A stretch of 64,000 nucleotides of DNA, taken from contig MU061579.1 in the NCBI GenBank assembly GCA_013265495.1, positions 3,531,319-3,595,318 of the forward strand, written 5' to 3'. Below are positions 39,568 through 53,435 of the stretch, in pieces; the stretch's first letter is position 1; each line of letters starts with the position of its first letter. The notes beneath the pieces are model-generated. The model did not search any database and was not told the origin of the DNA. It worked only from the letters and a program-made list of their open reading frames with translations. This DNA is from Vicugna vicugna (taxonomy: Eukaryota). Both the position numbers and the translations under genes were made by a program.

Positions 39568-39867
39568 CCCTAGATAGCTAGGGGGCTTGTCAAAGGAATG
39601 AATTCAAGGAGCCCAAATGTTTGCTTCCTCCCATACATAGAAAAGCACTAAATTCTTTAACTTGAGATGCCTGATTTCTTTAAGAAATCTTTAATTGTTT
39701 CAACTGCCTAGTCTTTGTTGTAAAGTTCCCCTATATCCTAGCTCCTCCCCTACCTCTTTGGAGCAGTCCCTCAGAGCGATCTGGGAGGCTGTGATCCCAG
39801 CTCAAGTCCTCCCACCAAATAAAACATAACTCTCAACTTTTAGGCTGCACATTTATTTCAGTCGACA
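39397..39867 (+). mobile_element. ERV1-type solo LTR with perfect 4-bp TSD
   Basis: tgtgaatg...gtcgaca termini; GTAT at 39393-39396 and 39868-39871; AATAAA at 39818-39823. Confidence 0.9.
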
Positions 39868-40062
39868 GTATTAAGGAGAATATTAACCTTGAAAATTTAA
39901 CCAAAAAAATGAATCTTTTTGAAAATATACTTGAAGAAAATATCCTAACAAAAGGGGGGAAAAAACTTGTCTGAGGACATTATAAAATATTAGTGAGGGT
40001 GGCTAAGTAACCAATAATGTTTGCTATTGTGTGAATAAGCAGTCAAACAAAAGTAACATAGG

Positions 40063-40650
40063 CTTATTAGTCAAGGTTCTCCAGGGAAACAGAATCAATA
40101 GGTCAGTATAAAATATATTATATCATTAAATATATATTATAATTTATATGTATTATATATGCTCTATATAAATATATTAAATTTATTTATTGTATATCAT
40201 ATATCTATTCTATATACCAATAATATATATATTATATTCTATTGGAACAGTGAGGTACTAGCTGATTGTTATCCGTAAGCTGGAGACACAGAAATGGTGG
40301 TGGTGGTGTTCAAGGGCCTGGGATCAGGGGGACAAATGGATTTCAGCACAGGTCTGATGGCCTGAGAATCAGGATTGCTGAGGGCAGAAGACTGATGTCA
40401 CAGCTCAAGCTTCCAGGCAGAGCCAGTGAATTCTCCCCCATACACCTTTTTGTTCTGCTCAGGTTCTCAGTGGACTGGCTGATGTCCACCCAAGTTGAGG
40501 AAGGCAATCCTCTTTATTCAGTCTACTGACTCAAATGCTAATCTCTTCTAGAAACACCCTTATCCACAGACCTATCTAGAAAATAAATTTAAACAGATAT
40601 GTGAGTATCTCATGGCCCAGTTAAATTGACACATAAAATTATCACAATAG
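40063..40650 (-). mobile_element. ERVL LTR, MLT2B-like, with an expanded TA-rich tract (about 40105-40240)
   Basis: attagtcaaggttctccagggaaacagaatcaatagg, cagtctactgactcaaatgctaatctcttctagaaacacc and ttgacacataaaatta. Confidence 0.85.
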
Positions 40651-40721
40651 GTATAAAAATACTGACAATATTCTATGTATTGATGAGGTTCTATGTAATA
40701 ATAATACAATGTGTTGGGGGC

Positions 40722-40860
40722 TTTTCTTAGTCTGTTTGGGTTGCTATAAGAAAATACCATAGTCTTGGTAGTTTAAACAGCAAACAATTACTGCTTGGAG
40801 TACTGGGGGTCAGGAAGTTCAAGATCTAGGTGCTGGCAGTCTGGTGTCTGGTGAAGTCTG
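40722..40860 (-). mobile_element. MaLR LTR fragment, MLT1A-like
   Basis: cttagtctgtttgggttgctataagaaaataccatag...aagttcaagatc. Confidence 0.8.
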
Positions 40861-43687
40861 TGTGTATTCTTTTCAGAAAGAAATAGTCATGACAGATTGT
40901 TCCACCAGTAAAAGTGCTGCCAAGTGAAGTTCATCCAAAGTGCTACGGTCTTATCACTAGGGGACTTCTAATGAGTTATCACACGTGAGATCCTAAGAAA
41001 CAATAACTTTTACTTTCAAGTCAGTCTGATTAAACACAATAGAAGAAATGAAGTAAAGGCTTTGAAATGAAGGCCCACCCATGAGATACTGTCCAACATT
41101 AGTAAGGGAAGAGATCATGCAGTTAGGACAATCAAAATAACAGGAAAGAATGTTACAATACTTAAGACTGATATAGAGCGCCTTCTAACCTTCTAATTAA
41201 TTATTTAACATATTTGGTTCTGAAATGCCTGAGTACTAATGAGACATTTTTATCCAAAAGGAGTCATTTTGCTAGGGTGTTTCCAACTCTCTCAAATGAG
41301 AATACATATAAACATACCAACCAGTATTATAAATTTTAACCTCAAGGAATTGGGGTATATATCCCTTTACATAAACAAAAAATAAATAATTTATTTTTAT
41401 TACAAAAATATTGCTTGGCTTTTGCAGTTTTAAAAACTTGTTGTTTATATGAATGGCAATGGAAAGGATGCATGTTTCTTCCTTATTTTTGACTTCTTCT
41501 TGACTTGGCTCCAGTTAACCTTTGCAGCTTGTTCAATGAGAAACTCCAGTGAACTGTATCACTGTACACAATTAATGGCTGAGTGGTCTATAACAAATGA
41601 AAATGCCACCACTGCTTAGCAATTAGCTTATGGATCATCTCCAAGCACTTAGAACCTCTTCTGTCTACGGCATTTAAACATGCTGGGTGATTTAAATTAT
41701 ACTTAAAGCGAACAGCAATATTCAATTACTAGTGGGTTCATTGTGTGGAATTGTCACCATTATGATTAACAGCCCTTATGAAAAACAATTAATTTGGTGT
41801 CTTGTTGCTAGGTCAATTATAAAAGTTAATTCCCCTGGGGGAAGAATTCTGTTTATCAGTACCTACCCTTTTTAATGCTTTGATCTAAAACATTAACATG
41901 ATCCCTTTAAGAAAAATTTGCAGACTTATGTGTGAAAATGTATCTGCAACATTAACCCAGGAGGAAAAAATGATGGAGTCCATTTTTTTTTTCTTGCTAA
42001 AAGAACATAGTGACAGGTAAAAGGGAAATAAAAGCTTCAATCTACCCAGACATCAGGTATATTCTCTCATATTTCAAATCTACCTTTGGGAACTCAATTA
42101 CTCACATTCAAGGGAGGAATCGCAGTTAGACAAAGATTTTTGACTTTTCATGGAAGAGTTCAAGTACCAAGGAGATATGTGTCATTTCAAACCCAGGAGC
42201 ATAAGACACAAATAGCTATCTCATCTGACTAAACCCCTGAGTTAAAAACAGGAAACAGAGCAACATAGTTTTTTTTAGCAAATGTTTTCAATACGTATAT
42301 AAAAGAGCTGTTCTTGGCTTATTCATAATACCTTGGGTGAGGTGAGAGAAAATACCACTGTGCTCTTTTGAAAATCATTGTCTGCTCACAGTTATAGTCT
42401 TCCCTGAAGGAGACAGGATTTAGTATCATTTTCCTCTATGAAGATCTTGGAATAAAGGGTCAATGAGTTGGATGGCGCTTTCATGGTGGTTATATCTGTC
42501 ATATTTATATTCGTACTTGTTGCATTTGTGTCAATTATACCGATGGATCTGTTTGGATGATGTCTTAACCTCTTTTCTAGTCTTTCTTTTCCAAAAGTAT
42601 TGTCTAATGTTATTTAATCCTTTACAGTATATCTTCTTCATGACTAATCTTTCTTTTTCCCTTAATCAAATTCTTCAGTTGGGCCTATATAAAAGTTTCC
42701 TATATCATAAATTGTTACTGCTCTGGGCTTCTCATGTGTCTTGCCAAAAAGAAAGAAAGAAAGGAATTAAAAAAATTTATAAACCTACAGAATTGGAAGA
42801 GAACATTTAACTGTTCATTCATAGTATAAATGAATGAACCTACAATTATTGAGAAATTTTAGGATTGCAGTTTGACATGGCAATTTGTTGCCTGTCTTGA
42901 TCTTATTGAACAATCTAAGAATGAGACCATGCCAGGGTCTCCTTTTCTGTGTACCAACATCATCCTATATATGTTTTTATTTTACCTTCTCACCATACAT
43001 TGTAATAATACCGATGAATGATTCTCCATCCCATTATAACTTAAGGATAATAACAGTGCATTATTCATCTTTCTATCACTTATGTTTATACAGCATATGG
43101 CCTATAGATATTTGCTAATAAATTAATGAGTGAATTAATAACTGATATATTATTCATTTTATTCAGCAAATATATTGAGAAACAATTGAGAACTCTGCTA
43201 GGAGATGTATACACAATGGTAAACAAAGTATCATTGTTCAATAGTACTGTCCAATAGTACTTTCTACTAATAATATTGGGCTATCCAAATATCCATATCA
43301 GTAAAATATAATAAGACTCAGAAGCTATATGGTTTACTCTTATAGGCCAAATAGTCTGGCCAAAATCCAAAAACAGACTCTCGGGAATTTGCTAGTGGAT
43401 GAAACTCAATCAGGAATAGCTTTAAATAGGTTACAGAAAAAGGATAAAGATGAATGAATGAATGAATGCATGAAAGAAAGAAAGAAAACACTACAACTAT
43501 ATCTAATTAACTTAGAATTTTATGGTTTGTAAAATATAATGGGGAATGATACCTTGTTGATGCTAAGAATATTATAAAAACAGTTTTGGTTTTGTTATTC
43601 CCATTTCACAGCCAAGGAAAATAATTCTCAACAATCAAAAGGACTTCTGTAAAGAAGGCACAGAAATTTGAAGCAAGAATATTTGGC

Positions 43688-43838
43688 AGCCTTGTTTCTC
43701 AAAATATTGTCCTTGGATCAATAGCATGGTATCTGGGAATTTATTGGAAATGCAGAATCTTATATCTCAGACATACAGAATCAAACTCTTCCTTGAGTAT
43801 ATTTCTCATGTGATGTAACATTTGAAAAATGCTGCTCT
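43688..43838. mobile_element. MER5A-like hAT MITE
   Basis: tttctcaaaa, ctgggaatttattggaaatgcagaatct, cagaatcaaactct and tttgaaaaatgctgctcta. Confidence 0.7.
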
Positions 43839-45432
43839 AATTCTCTTCATAATATATCATACCTGTGCCAACCTGCACAAAGTCATCCTGGTGAACAGAA
43901 ATTATAACAAACATTTGGGAATATTTCTTTTACTTGTTTTGCAAAGAAAGAAGTTTGGGGGTCAAATAAGAGGCTTCAAAATGAGTGACAAAAAATAATG
44001 CAGGGAAAAGTCAAGATTCAGTGTTTTGGTCAATTGAGTGGTGAATAAAATTAAGAATAAGATTGTAAATGTAGGTGATTGTGGACTCTTGAATGATGCT
44101 GAATGTATGTTTCTTTTTATTTTTCATCACTATGCCTAACAAGTTGTGGTATTTGAAGAGAATTTGCTAATTGTGACAATTAATTAAAAACACAAAAATG
44201 AAGTGATATCAGAGAATATCATTCTATAACATGCATTAGAAATTGTAAGGCACATGATTACCAAGTTACATTAGAATGTGTGTCACACTAAAGACAGAAT
44301 ACACTGAAGTTCAAGGCTACTTATGAAGCTCTGAGATTTTGTTTTGTTTATTTTGTCAATATGTTGGCTATTTCTTCTTTCCCATGCTGATTTTTAATGT
44401 CAATACTGAAAAGATCTCAGAAGAATATTTTACATGACAAAATATGATAAATTACAGCAACATTTACTTTATTTGAGTTGCCCTATGCTACCTAAGGTTT
44501 TCCAAAATGAGGCTTAAAAAGGTCTGAATCAAAAAATACAAAGAAATTCCCTGTCTGGACTCAAACAAATAACTGAATTCTGGAGAAGGTGAACAAAAGA
44601 TACTTTTTATTCCATTCGGGTGGGAAAAAAATCAGAGCTCTTAAATGTTTGAATATATAGATAAGCGGTTCTTCCTCTGGCTGCAAGTTCAAGCTAAAGA
44701 TTCCTCTGCCCTTAGAGATTCCTTCAATCTTGATATTCTTAGGTTGCACAGAAATCCTTACTGAAAATTCAGTTCTCAAACAGAATACAGCTTCTCAAAA
44801 GACGAAATTTCAGAGCACTTCAAATGATGTCGAAGCCTTTCTGTTGTACTGTCATCAACCTTTAATGGCCTAATGTTGAAACGATCAGTTCACAAATATT
44901 TAATGAGCTAAAAAGTACTTGGTGCATAGCTTTAAGGGGATTTTAAAAAGAAATGTATCATGAGACATCTGCTTTAAAAGAAAGACAGTATGATATGGTA
45001 AATTTATTTCACTATGTTAGCTTTCACCTGTTCATCATGGAACATTGGGAAATCTAGCAACATCCTCATGTCTCGTTTTAAAGTGAGGACAACACCATTC
45101 CTTCTTTTCTCCACCGCCTCAAGAAATATTTATTGGGTGAACAAGGCAAAATAAATTCTTCACTTCAGGAGAGGGTGGGCAGTTCAATGGAATGCAAATA
45201 AGCCACATGCTGCCATCTAGCAATATGCTCTGTAAGGGAATTAAATGAAAATAAAGTAATAAGGAAGTTATTGAAAATTACTGACATATGAAAGCTAGGG
45301 AAGCCATCTCTGAGGAGGTAGGGTTTAAGCCAAGGAAGTAAAAGGTGACACAACATCAATCACTGGAATAGCCAGGAAATAATGTCCAAGGTTTATGACT
45401 TAACTCCTTTCAGGGCTGTGAAGACTCTGATA

Positions 45433-45453
45433 CACACACACACACACACACAC
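45433..45453. repeat. (CA)n microsatellite
   Basis: Seen directly. Confidence 0.9.
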
Positions 45454-47363
45454 ATTAGACACCATATATTGAGTGTCAAATATTTAGTTGATCTCATATC
45501 TTTCTTATAACAATCTGGAGAAGTATGTTTATTACTTCTTTGTGACAGTTTGAAAATTGATGGGAAAAACAGGCTTAAAAACCTGAAGTACTTAGCTGAC
45601 ACTATGCAACAAATGATCCCAGGTTTGTCTGAACACCAGGAGCCTCTCTTTCTCTTACCAAACAAGTTTCAGCTATCATTGTATAAACTGTAAATGCTAT
45701 AGAAGACCAAAATACAGTTTATTCCAATTCACTCAAATATTTATCTAAGTTTCCAAGCTTTATAAAATATTCCTCTTTAGCTATAGGAACTAAAAATAGG
45801 AAACCATATATTAAACTAAAATAAGAACTGAACATCTTTTTTTAATTTTGTGATTTGTTGTATGCTAATTACCCATTATATTTATATTTATTTATATGGG
45901 CAATTTTTAATTATTTGATTATATTTTAAATATTTATTTCTCTTTAAAGAAAAGAGAATTTAAAAAATAAACATAAAAGTGACAATATACTGTGGGATTT
46001 ATTATACATCACTTTATATATGAGAAGCTTGTTAATTAACATCTGAGCATTCATCAGTGGAAAACCAAATGATTGCCACTTAATCATGAGGACATACAGA
46101 AATGGCACAGCCTCTAGGGTAAAACATACATATATGAAGAAGCAGTGTGGGTGGGTGAATGTCAATAAAGTAAATAGAATGGCCACAAAATCTTACTGAT
46201 ATTTATAACGTTGGTTATAATTAGCTATTAAATAATATTTATTTACTTGGAAGAGATGGCTAAAAATATCTAGTCCAATTTCTTAACTCTAAGAAAATTG
46301 AATAAAAGATATCATAAATATGTATCTATCAGTCAATAATACTATACATCATGAAGTCCATACATGAATATTGGATAATTATTTGCCTTTAAGGACCAAA
46401 TAATTTAATTATCTTTATAAGATTATTTAATATCATGGATAAAATATTAAAAATGATACATTTTTGCTTCTAAGTGTCAGTATTTTGTGTCAATATTTTA
46501 AAGTAGCTGTTCTACAGTTTTATTTTGCAACATCATACTATAATGTAAGAAACACTAAGAAGGTGCCATTAATTTCAAAAAATTAATCATTATATCTTAA
46601 AGAAAAAAACAATAAAAATTAAATATAAATTTTTACAAGGACCCAAGAAATGGTCCTATATCCTTTAGGAACATGAGAAGAATGAGGAAAATGTGGTTTA
46701 GAAGAGTGGCCTAAAAAAGAATATCTATAAATCTAGTTAACAGGGAAATTGTGTCAGGTTGAGGGGAGACTCAGTACATATAAATCTATGTTTTCTTTCT
46801 CTTGAGATGTTAGGGAAAAAAGATTAAGAATGTTAATAATTTTAGATCTTATTATGAGGGATTGGGATCTAGGTAGAGAATTCTCTAGTATTTTGAGGAA
46901 ATTAAACTCATTATTATCTGAATAATATTTCTTCCTGAAGTTAAATCCTATCTAACTGTCTTTCTGTGGTTGTTGTTTGTTATTGCTTTTTTTTTTTTAC
47001 CATAGCCAAATTATGTTCAATATTATTTTAAATGTGTTATTTTCAACAATGGACTCCTGGAATTTTATTGTGACTTAAGGCAGCAATGTAGCACAGTTTA
47101 TTGATTTTTACTACATGCAGAATACACATTTACACTGTATTCATTAACCTTACAAAGACATTTGACTTAATGCAAACACTTGGAAATGTTTGTTGCTTAC
47201 ATTTGTTAGTATCATATGAGAAAACAGCTATCATCCAGGGGCAGGACTCACTAAACCCAACTGATTGCTTGAAATGAGGCAGAACATGAATTGTAATATT
47301 TTACTTCAAGAACATAAATTACTTCATTTGGAACGAAGATGTATCTACATTCTAGAATGTATC

Positions 47364-47903
47364 TGTATTTACCAGGTCTTTTATTTCCTGCATTGATACT
47401 TCAACATTCGGGGTCTTGTAGACCCTAGATGGACCCTCCCGAGGCGATCCAGTTTCTGGAGATAGTAAACAATTCACCCATGAAAGCACTTACCAAATGC
47501 TAACCACCCAGCCCCAAGCCTCTATGACCAAGCACCTCTATGCCCAACCACCTCCTTTAACAGGCTCTTAGAGTCTGAGCCATAATCTACCTGCCCTAAC
47601 CATCCTGGAGCTAACCAGAGGACAGTACCTTCACCCAGAACCCACTGAAATTCAAATTAGTCAATCCTAAACCTGCTTACTCTGCCTCATTCATTCCTAC
47701 AGCACAATATAGGCTCTTCCCACAGTTGACTTCCCTCCCTTTTACTTCTGACTGAGCCCAGTGCTTCCCTATGTTATTCTCCTAGAGGTGTGGGGTGCCC
47801 CCTACTCTTGGGATCTGTGAACAGAACTGTCTTTTCAATAACAATAGTCTCCTGATACTTTGACGTTATCATATCTAAATAATAATAAAAGCTATATCAA
47901 ACA
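47364..47903 (+). mobile_element. ERVL solo LTR, MER74A-like, with perfect 5-bp TSD
   Basis: TG...CA termini; GTATC at 47359-47363 and 47904-47908; tctggagatagtaaacaa and aatcctaaacctgctta motifs. Confidence 0.85.
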
Positions 47904-49299
47904 GTATCATGACTTCATTTTTCAGGCTAGAAAAAGTGTATGACTATATATATTTTTTAATTAAATAGGCCCTGAGTTACTAAAGTTGTTTTGTTGTCAT
48001 TATACTTTGATAGAAACATTTTAAGAAATTTTTGTTTTCTTTCTGGAGTACAAAAAAACTAAGTAAAATATACATGCTAAAATTGTTCTTTTCCAATTAA
48101 ACTAGAATGGCACAATGTCCTACAACTTGAAGTCAAAAAATGCTGATCCTATTGAATACATTACAACTTTTTCCCCCTAATTTTAGGAGGATCATGAAAA
48201 TCTGTAGAGAACTTCTAGATGCTTAAAAATCTAACCTCATTCTGTAGTCAATTACAGAACTTTCAGTAAGGTAACTTGACCTTCTGTTATTCACTTACAA
48301 TTGTATTGAACAGTGACCATCTGTGCCCAGCATTACAGTAGGTGCTGTAGATGGAAAGCTGCACGAAACAGTTTCTATTCTTATTCTTCTGTTCTCTCTT
48401 ATTTATAGCAAATATAACATTTTTGACGTGTAATAGTCTGAAAACACTGGGAACTTGGTCAAGGGGAAACACAGATTTAATGTGCACCAAGTGAAGCAAC
48501 AAAATAGTAGTATGCCTGATATATACAAATGTCATGAGATTATCACTAAATTAGAGAAAAAGGCAAATCAATTCCTTTGCCTATACACAGTATGAATATT
48601 CAATATATGAGAATGACATGTCAGAATTATTCTGATCCCTCAGAATGTATTATAGATCATAAAATATATAACTTAAACTCAACTTCCAATAACATAGTGA
48701 ATTAAGGAGATTCCATAATCTCAACTAAACATAACAGAATGATGGAGAAATATAAAAGAATCTCTTAGATTCATGTCCAGTATTAAAATAAAGACATGGA
48801 AAGTCCCTATTAATTACATATGAAATAGAAACTCAAAATCAAAACCCAGCAGGTCATAGGAGTTGTACAAAAATGTAATACCCAGGTAGATAATAGCAAA
48901 GAGTACTTTAGTAAAGTTTCTAACAGTCATGGTCCTTGTCTAGGCAATTTGGGATCTGGAATTCAGTACTGATGTAAATCCCATAGCTCAAAAATGCTAC
49001 TCAAATCTTGAACTGAAACAAAACAAAACAAAACAAAAATCCAAACCTCAAACCAAAACAAACTATAAATACCACAACCACCAATGTAGTAAACAAACAA
49101 GAAAGCCATCTCTCTTCCTGCAGACATAGAAATAAGAATAAAAGTCAATTATAAATAATAAAATCCCTCAACACAATACTGACAAAAGCTTACTTGGGAG
49201 AAACTGAACTCCAGATGTACATGCCTTCCAATTACAGAAATTGTTACAGAAATTAATTTAAAAAAATACCACATGAATTATTCCAGGACTATTGGAACT

Positions 49300-50460
49300 G
49301 CTGGAGGGGTAGGAAAGGCAAACATGAAATTGCTGTTTGAGACAATTTCCCAGAGCAGGAGATATGACTTCAGTTCAGAAAATGACTTCTCCACAATGAA
49401 GATCTCAAAACTTAAAATTACAATATATACAAAGAAATAACTGAATATGAAGGGAATGTCAGTTATAAAGAGAGAGACAGAAAGAAATTAAGAGGAATCA
49501 GCTTCTCAATTAGACATGATATTTGAACAATATAACACTAATGTATTCAAATTCTTAAAAGACAAAGTAAGAAGAGAAAATACACTTAGAAAAATGTCAG
49601 CATTTCAGTAGACTCACATATTAAAAATTATTTCTGAAAATATTATTTACTGAAGTAAAATTCACTAGATCAGCTAAAAAAAAATAAGACACAGATGAAG
49701 AGAAAAATCAAAGAACTGGACAGATCTGAAAGAGAAAATGTTGCCCAGAGGTCAGAAGGATTAAAATATGAAAGAATTTGAGATTATGGATGTTTACTAA
49801 ACTTATTATGGTAATTATTTAATGGAATATGTAAGTCAAATCATTATGTTATATACCTTAAACTTACATATTTTATGTCAACATATTATATGTCAGTATC
49901 TTGAGAGAAAACTGGAAGGCAAAAAAATTATTTCAATTAAAAAAATATGTTAGTGCCTGAAAGGCATGAGAAAATACAGAGGAGAGTATGATAATGTCCA
50001 CTAATTGATGTTTAAGTAGGAAAAGATTAGGAGAAGCAATACTCAAAAGAATGATAATACTTGATAATTTTTCAGAATTAAACATAAAAATGCGTTTGCA
50101 TTTTGAAGATACAAAATCTCATGAAGAGATAAATAAAAACAAATGTATAACTATCTGGCAAGATGCATCATATGAAAGCAGAAAACAAGGCTAATTAAGG
50201 GGGGAAAATGAAAATAAACTCATAAAAATTAGTGGCAAATAAACAGAATTTTTCACTACCTATCGTTGAGTCTAAAGACATTGAGATGAATACCTTAAGA
50301 ATGTTACAGAATGGACATAAAGATAAAGAGCTACAGAGTAGGAAAAGTTGGAGGAAAAAACAGCAGCCTAGAATTCTCTACCTTCAATACCATCATGAAA
50401 GATTGAGGAAGGAATAAATATTTTACTTTCAGCTTAAAAAAAAGATTGAGAAAGCTTACT
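49300..50460 (+). mobile_element. HAL1/L1M ORF1-region relic with a short L1 3'-end insert (about 49790-49930)
   Basis: agacacagatgaagagaaaaatcaaagaactgga and cagcctagaattctctacc; insert gtcaaatcattatgttatataccttaaacttaca. Confidence 0.55.
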
Positions 50461-50949
50461 TTATTAGTTGGTGTTCTCCAGTGAAACATAATTAGCAGGA
50501 TCTATCTATGTATCTATGTACATACGTATGTATCTGTGAAACATAATTAGCAGGATCTATGTATCTATGTACATATGTATGTATCTGTCTATATATTTAC
50601 ATCTTTTGAGAGAGACATTTTAAGAAATTAGCTCACAATATTGCCGGCGCTACCAAGTTCAAACTCTGTAAGGCAGGCTAGCAGGTTTGAAATGCAAATA
50701 AGAGCTGATGTTTGAGTTCGAAGTAGGTCTGGAGGCAGACATTTTTCTTCTATAAGGGATCTCAGTCTTTTTTCTTAGGGCCTTTAACGGACTGAATGAG
50801 GCCCAGGAAGTAACATGTTTTACCTGAAGTCTTAAACATTAATTACATCTAAAACATACCTTCACAGCAGCATCTAGACTGATATTTGACAAAAAGTTGG
50901 GTACCATGACAATGGCATGCACAAGATAACACGTAAAGTTAATCATTAT
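50460..50949 (-). mobile_element. ERVL LTR, MLT2D-like, with an internal tandem duplication
   Basis: ttctccagtgaaaca, ttttaagaaattagctcac, aggcaggctagcagg and ataccttcacagcagcatctagactg. Confidence 0.85.
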
Positions 50950-53435
50950 TTTAAAAAAATTTAATGAATTTTTTTTCAAAAAGAAGGATATTGAACTCTT
51001 ACTTTATGTTGAACAGTTTCTAGAATTGATATTATCAAACTAATTCAGATTATCTTGAATAATAATTAATAAAATTATATCTTCTCTTTCTGGAAAGAAT
51101 ATCTAACACAGAAGACAACATAGTTTACGCTTTAAGTCTCGGATATAAAAACAAAGTGAATTAACTCTCCAGTATTTTTTCTTTTACATCAGATGATGAG
51201 AACTTACATTTCAGAATTTCCTTTACACATCTGTGAGTTTCATTTCTGGATTTGTTTTGGATGGTCTTACCATAATATAGAGCAGTTATCACCATTGAGA
51301 ATACTACTAATATTAAAACTCAGTGTTAAATCCTTTTACATGTTTACTAATATTTAATTCTCTTCATAAACTCATGAAGTTATGTTAGACCAGATTTCCA
51401 TATCTATATTCTGAGTTAAAGGATATCAAGACAATGTTGGAAAAAGGTCTCATACCTTTATTTGCCTTTCAAGAAATACTGCCTTAATGAATGCTAAAAT
51501 ATTGCTTTCTGTGGGATCTGGCATCAGAATCAACCATGTTTAATAACTGCACAACAAATTATTTTTAAAACACAGTAAGGTTAACAGAGAATCTTCATAG
51601 TCAGAACTATTTTATGATTTGACCAAATGATTTTTTTCTGTTTGCCTTTCTTGCTATTTTTTCAGCAAAACTGACATACTTCTTGCATGGTGGATCTTGT
51701 ACCTTTAAGGTTGATTTCAGAAGGTTTTTTTTTTCCTTTGTTTATCCGACTTAGCTGTGACTTTAATCTTTGTTTAAACACCTTCCTAAAAGTTTCTGCC
51801 TGTTCTGTTACTTAATATCTGGTGGAAATTCAAGAGAATGAGGACATCATTTGACCTAGAATCAAATGCATATCAGAGAAAATTCTAAATGGAAATTTGA
51901 AATAAGGTATTGTATTAACCATATATAAACAGAATGTTAAAAATCTAAATTTCTTACATATTCTTCTTGACCCTATTTCTGCAACTTACAGGGAAACAAA
52001 GAAAGAAAGAAAAGAAAATGAATACACTGCTTTGATTCTTTGAATCTGTTTAAAATATGTTTGTTGACACTAATAATTTATAATCAAAATTTAATTGTCT
52101 ACAAATTAATATTAATTTCTCTGTGTTCTGTAATACAAAGCAAAATCTCTTTTTTAAAATTTAATAATTTACTTTTGAGAATAGACCTTAACATACATTG
52201 AAATGTTACTAGAAAGTGTTAACATTAGGAATGAGATCATTATTCTATGTTTTCATCTTTTTGTTTTAGAATCACAGTGGTTTCAAAATGCCTTTGGTAA
52301 GTCTATTGGCTTTTATTCATTAAAAGATTAAATGAACATTTCCTGACTTTTGTTATTCTTACAAGAAAACTGAATCTTCTAACTATTAAGGACTATAATC
52401 AATGTTATCTTTGCCAAGTAAATGCAAATTTCCTAATAAGAATATACTTACAAGAAATACAGCAAAATTTTTATTTTTTAATATTAGATGTGGAAGCTAA
52501 AATTCATAGTTTTAGTACAAAACTTTAATTATTAACAAAACAGAAGATTATTTAAGAGTAGACTCCGCAGTGGATTTTACAGCATCACATATATATTACA
52601 ACCTAGTCTGAGGTCACAGTTAACTGAAATAATTTACTAGCTAGTTACTCAGTATGTCAGAAATATTCAATTTTTTCACAGGAAATAATTTATAAAAGTG
52701 GTTAATAATGTCTGACAAGGCCTCATTAATTCTGAACTCTTAAGGCAAATTCATGAGTTTGAATTTTAAGGTAAGATACCTGTGAGCCCTAATTGGTATT
52801 TTGTATGGTAAGCAACATTATATTCATTTTTTCTCCTGGCCCATGAAACATTCTGGTACTCAGGAAGGAATTTCTCTTTGTGTGTTATTAACTAGATATT
52901 TCTAGACTGTGGAATAAAACAATCCTAAGCAGAGCAAAGTTTTAGTATTTACTATAATCAAGTATTTTTTAAAGTCACCAAACATAGAATTTTTACTATC
53001 ACTGCTTTGGGGGATACTTTGAGATTTTCAGTAGAAATTACAATATCTTCTCTTATATTCAGCATATTCCTTTTCCTCTTTTCTGAAAAGTCAATATAAA
53101 CCCAAAATTCACATATAAAACTCAAGGATTCAAAAGCAGGTTTTTAGAACTAACCTGGAAATTGCCTCTTGCTCTATCTAAAGTGGTCTCTATTAATTGG
53201 TACATATGAAATATTTCAATAATTGTTATATATTATCATATTCACTTAAATTTAACTCTGAAAGTTCTGGTTATAGGTACCCTCAGGATAATGAGAAGGA
53301 TTCCATGAGATACTAAATTCTGAGAACACTCTTGACATATCTTGCTGAAATACATATTTCACCCTGAATTTTTAAATAATCACTTTAATTTAATTTTTAA
53401 GTAATCATTTAGTTATTTATAAACATCAATGTTGA

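Noticed and set aside
44560..44900. Coding exon or processed pseudogene fragment
   Set aside because: The sequence looks more complex than its surroundings, but the listed ORF gives no recognisable protein and I see no paired splice sites, poly(A) or TSD.
50481..50586. CRISPR-like or other repeat-spacer array
   Set aside because: Only two adjacent copies with no spacers, in mammalian DNA; I saw no array or cas gene anywhere in the window.
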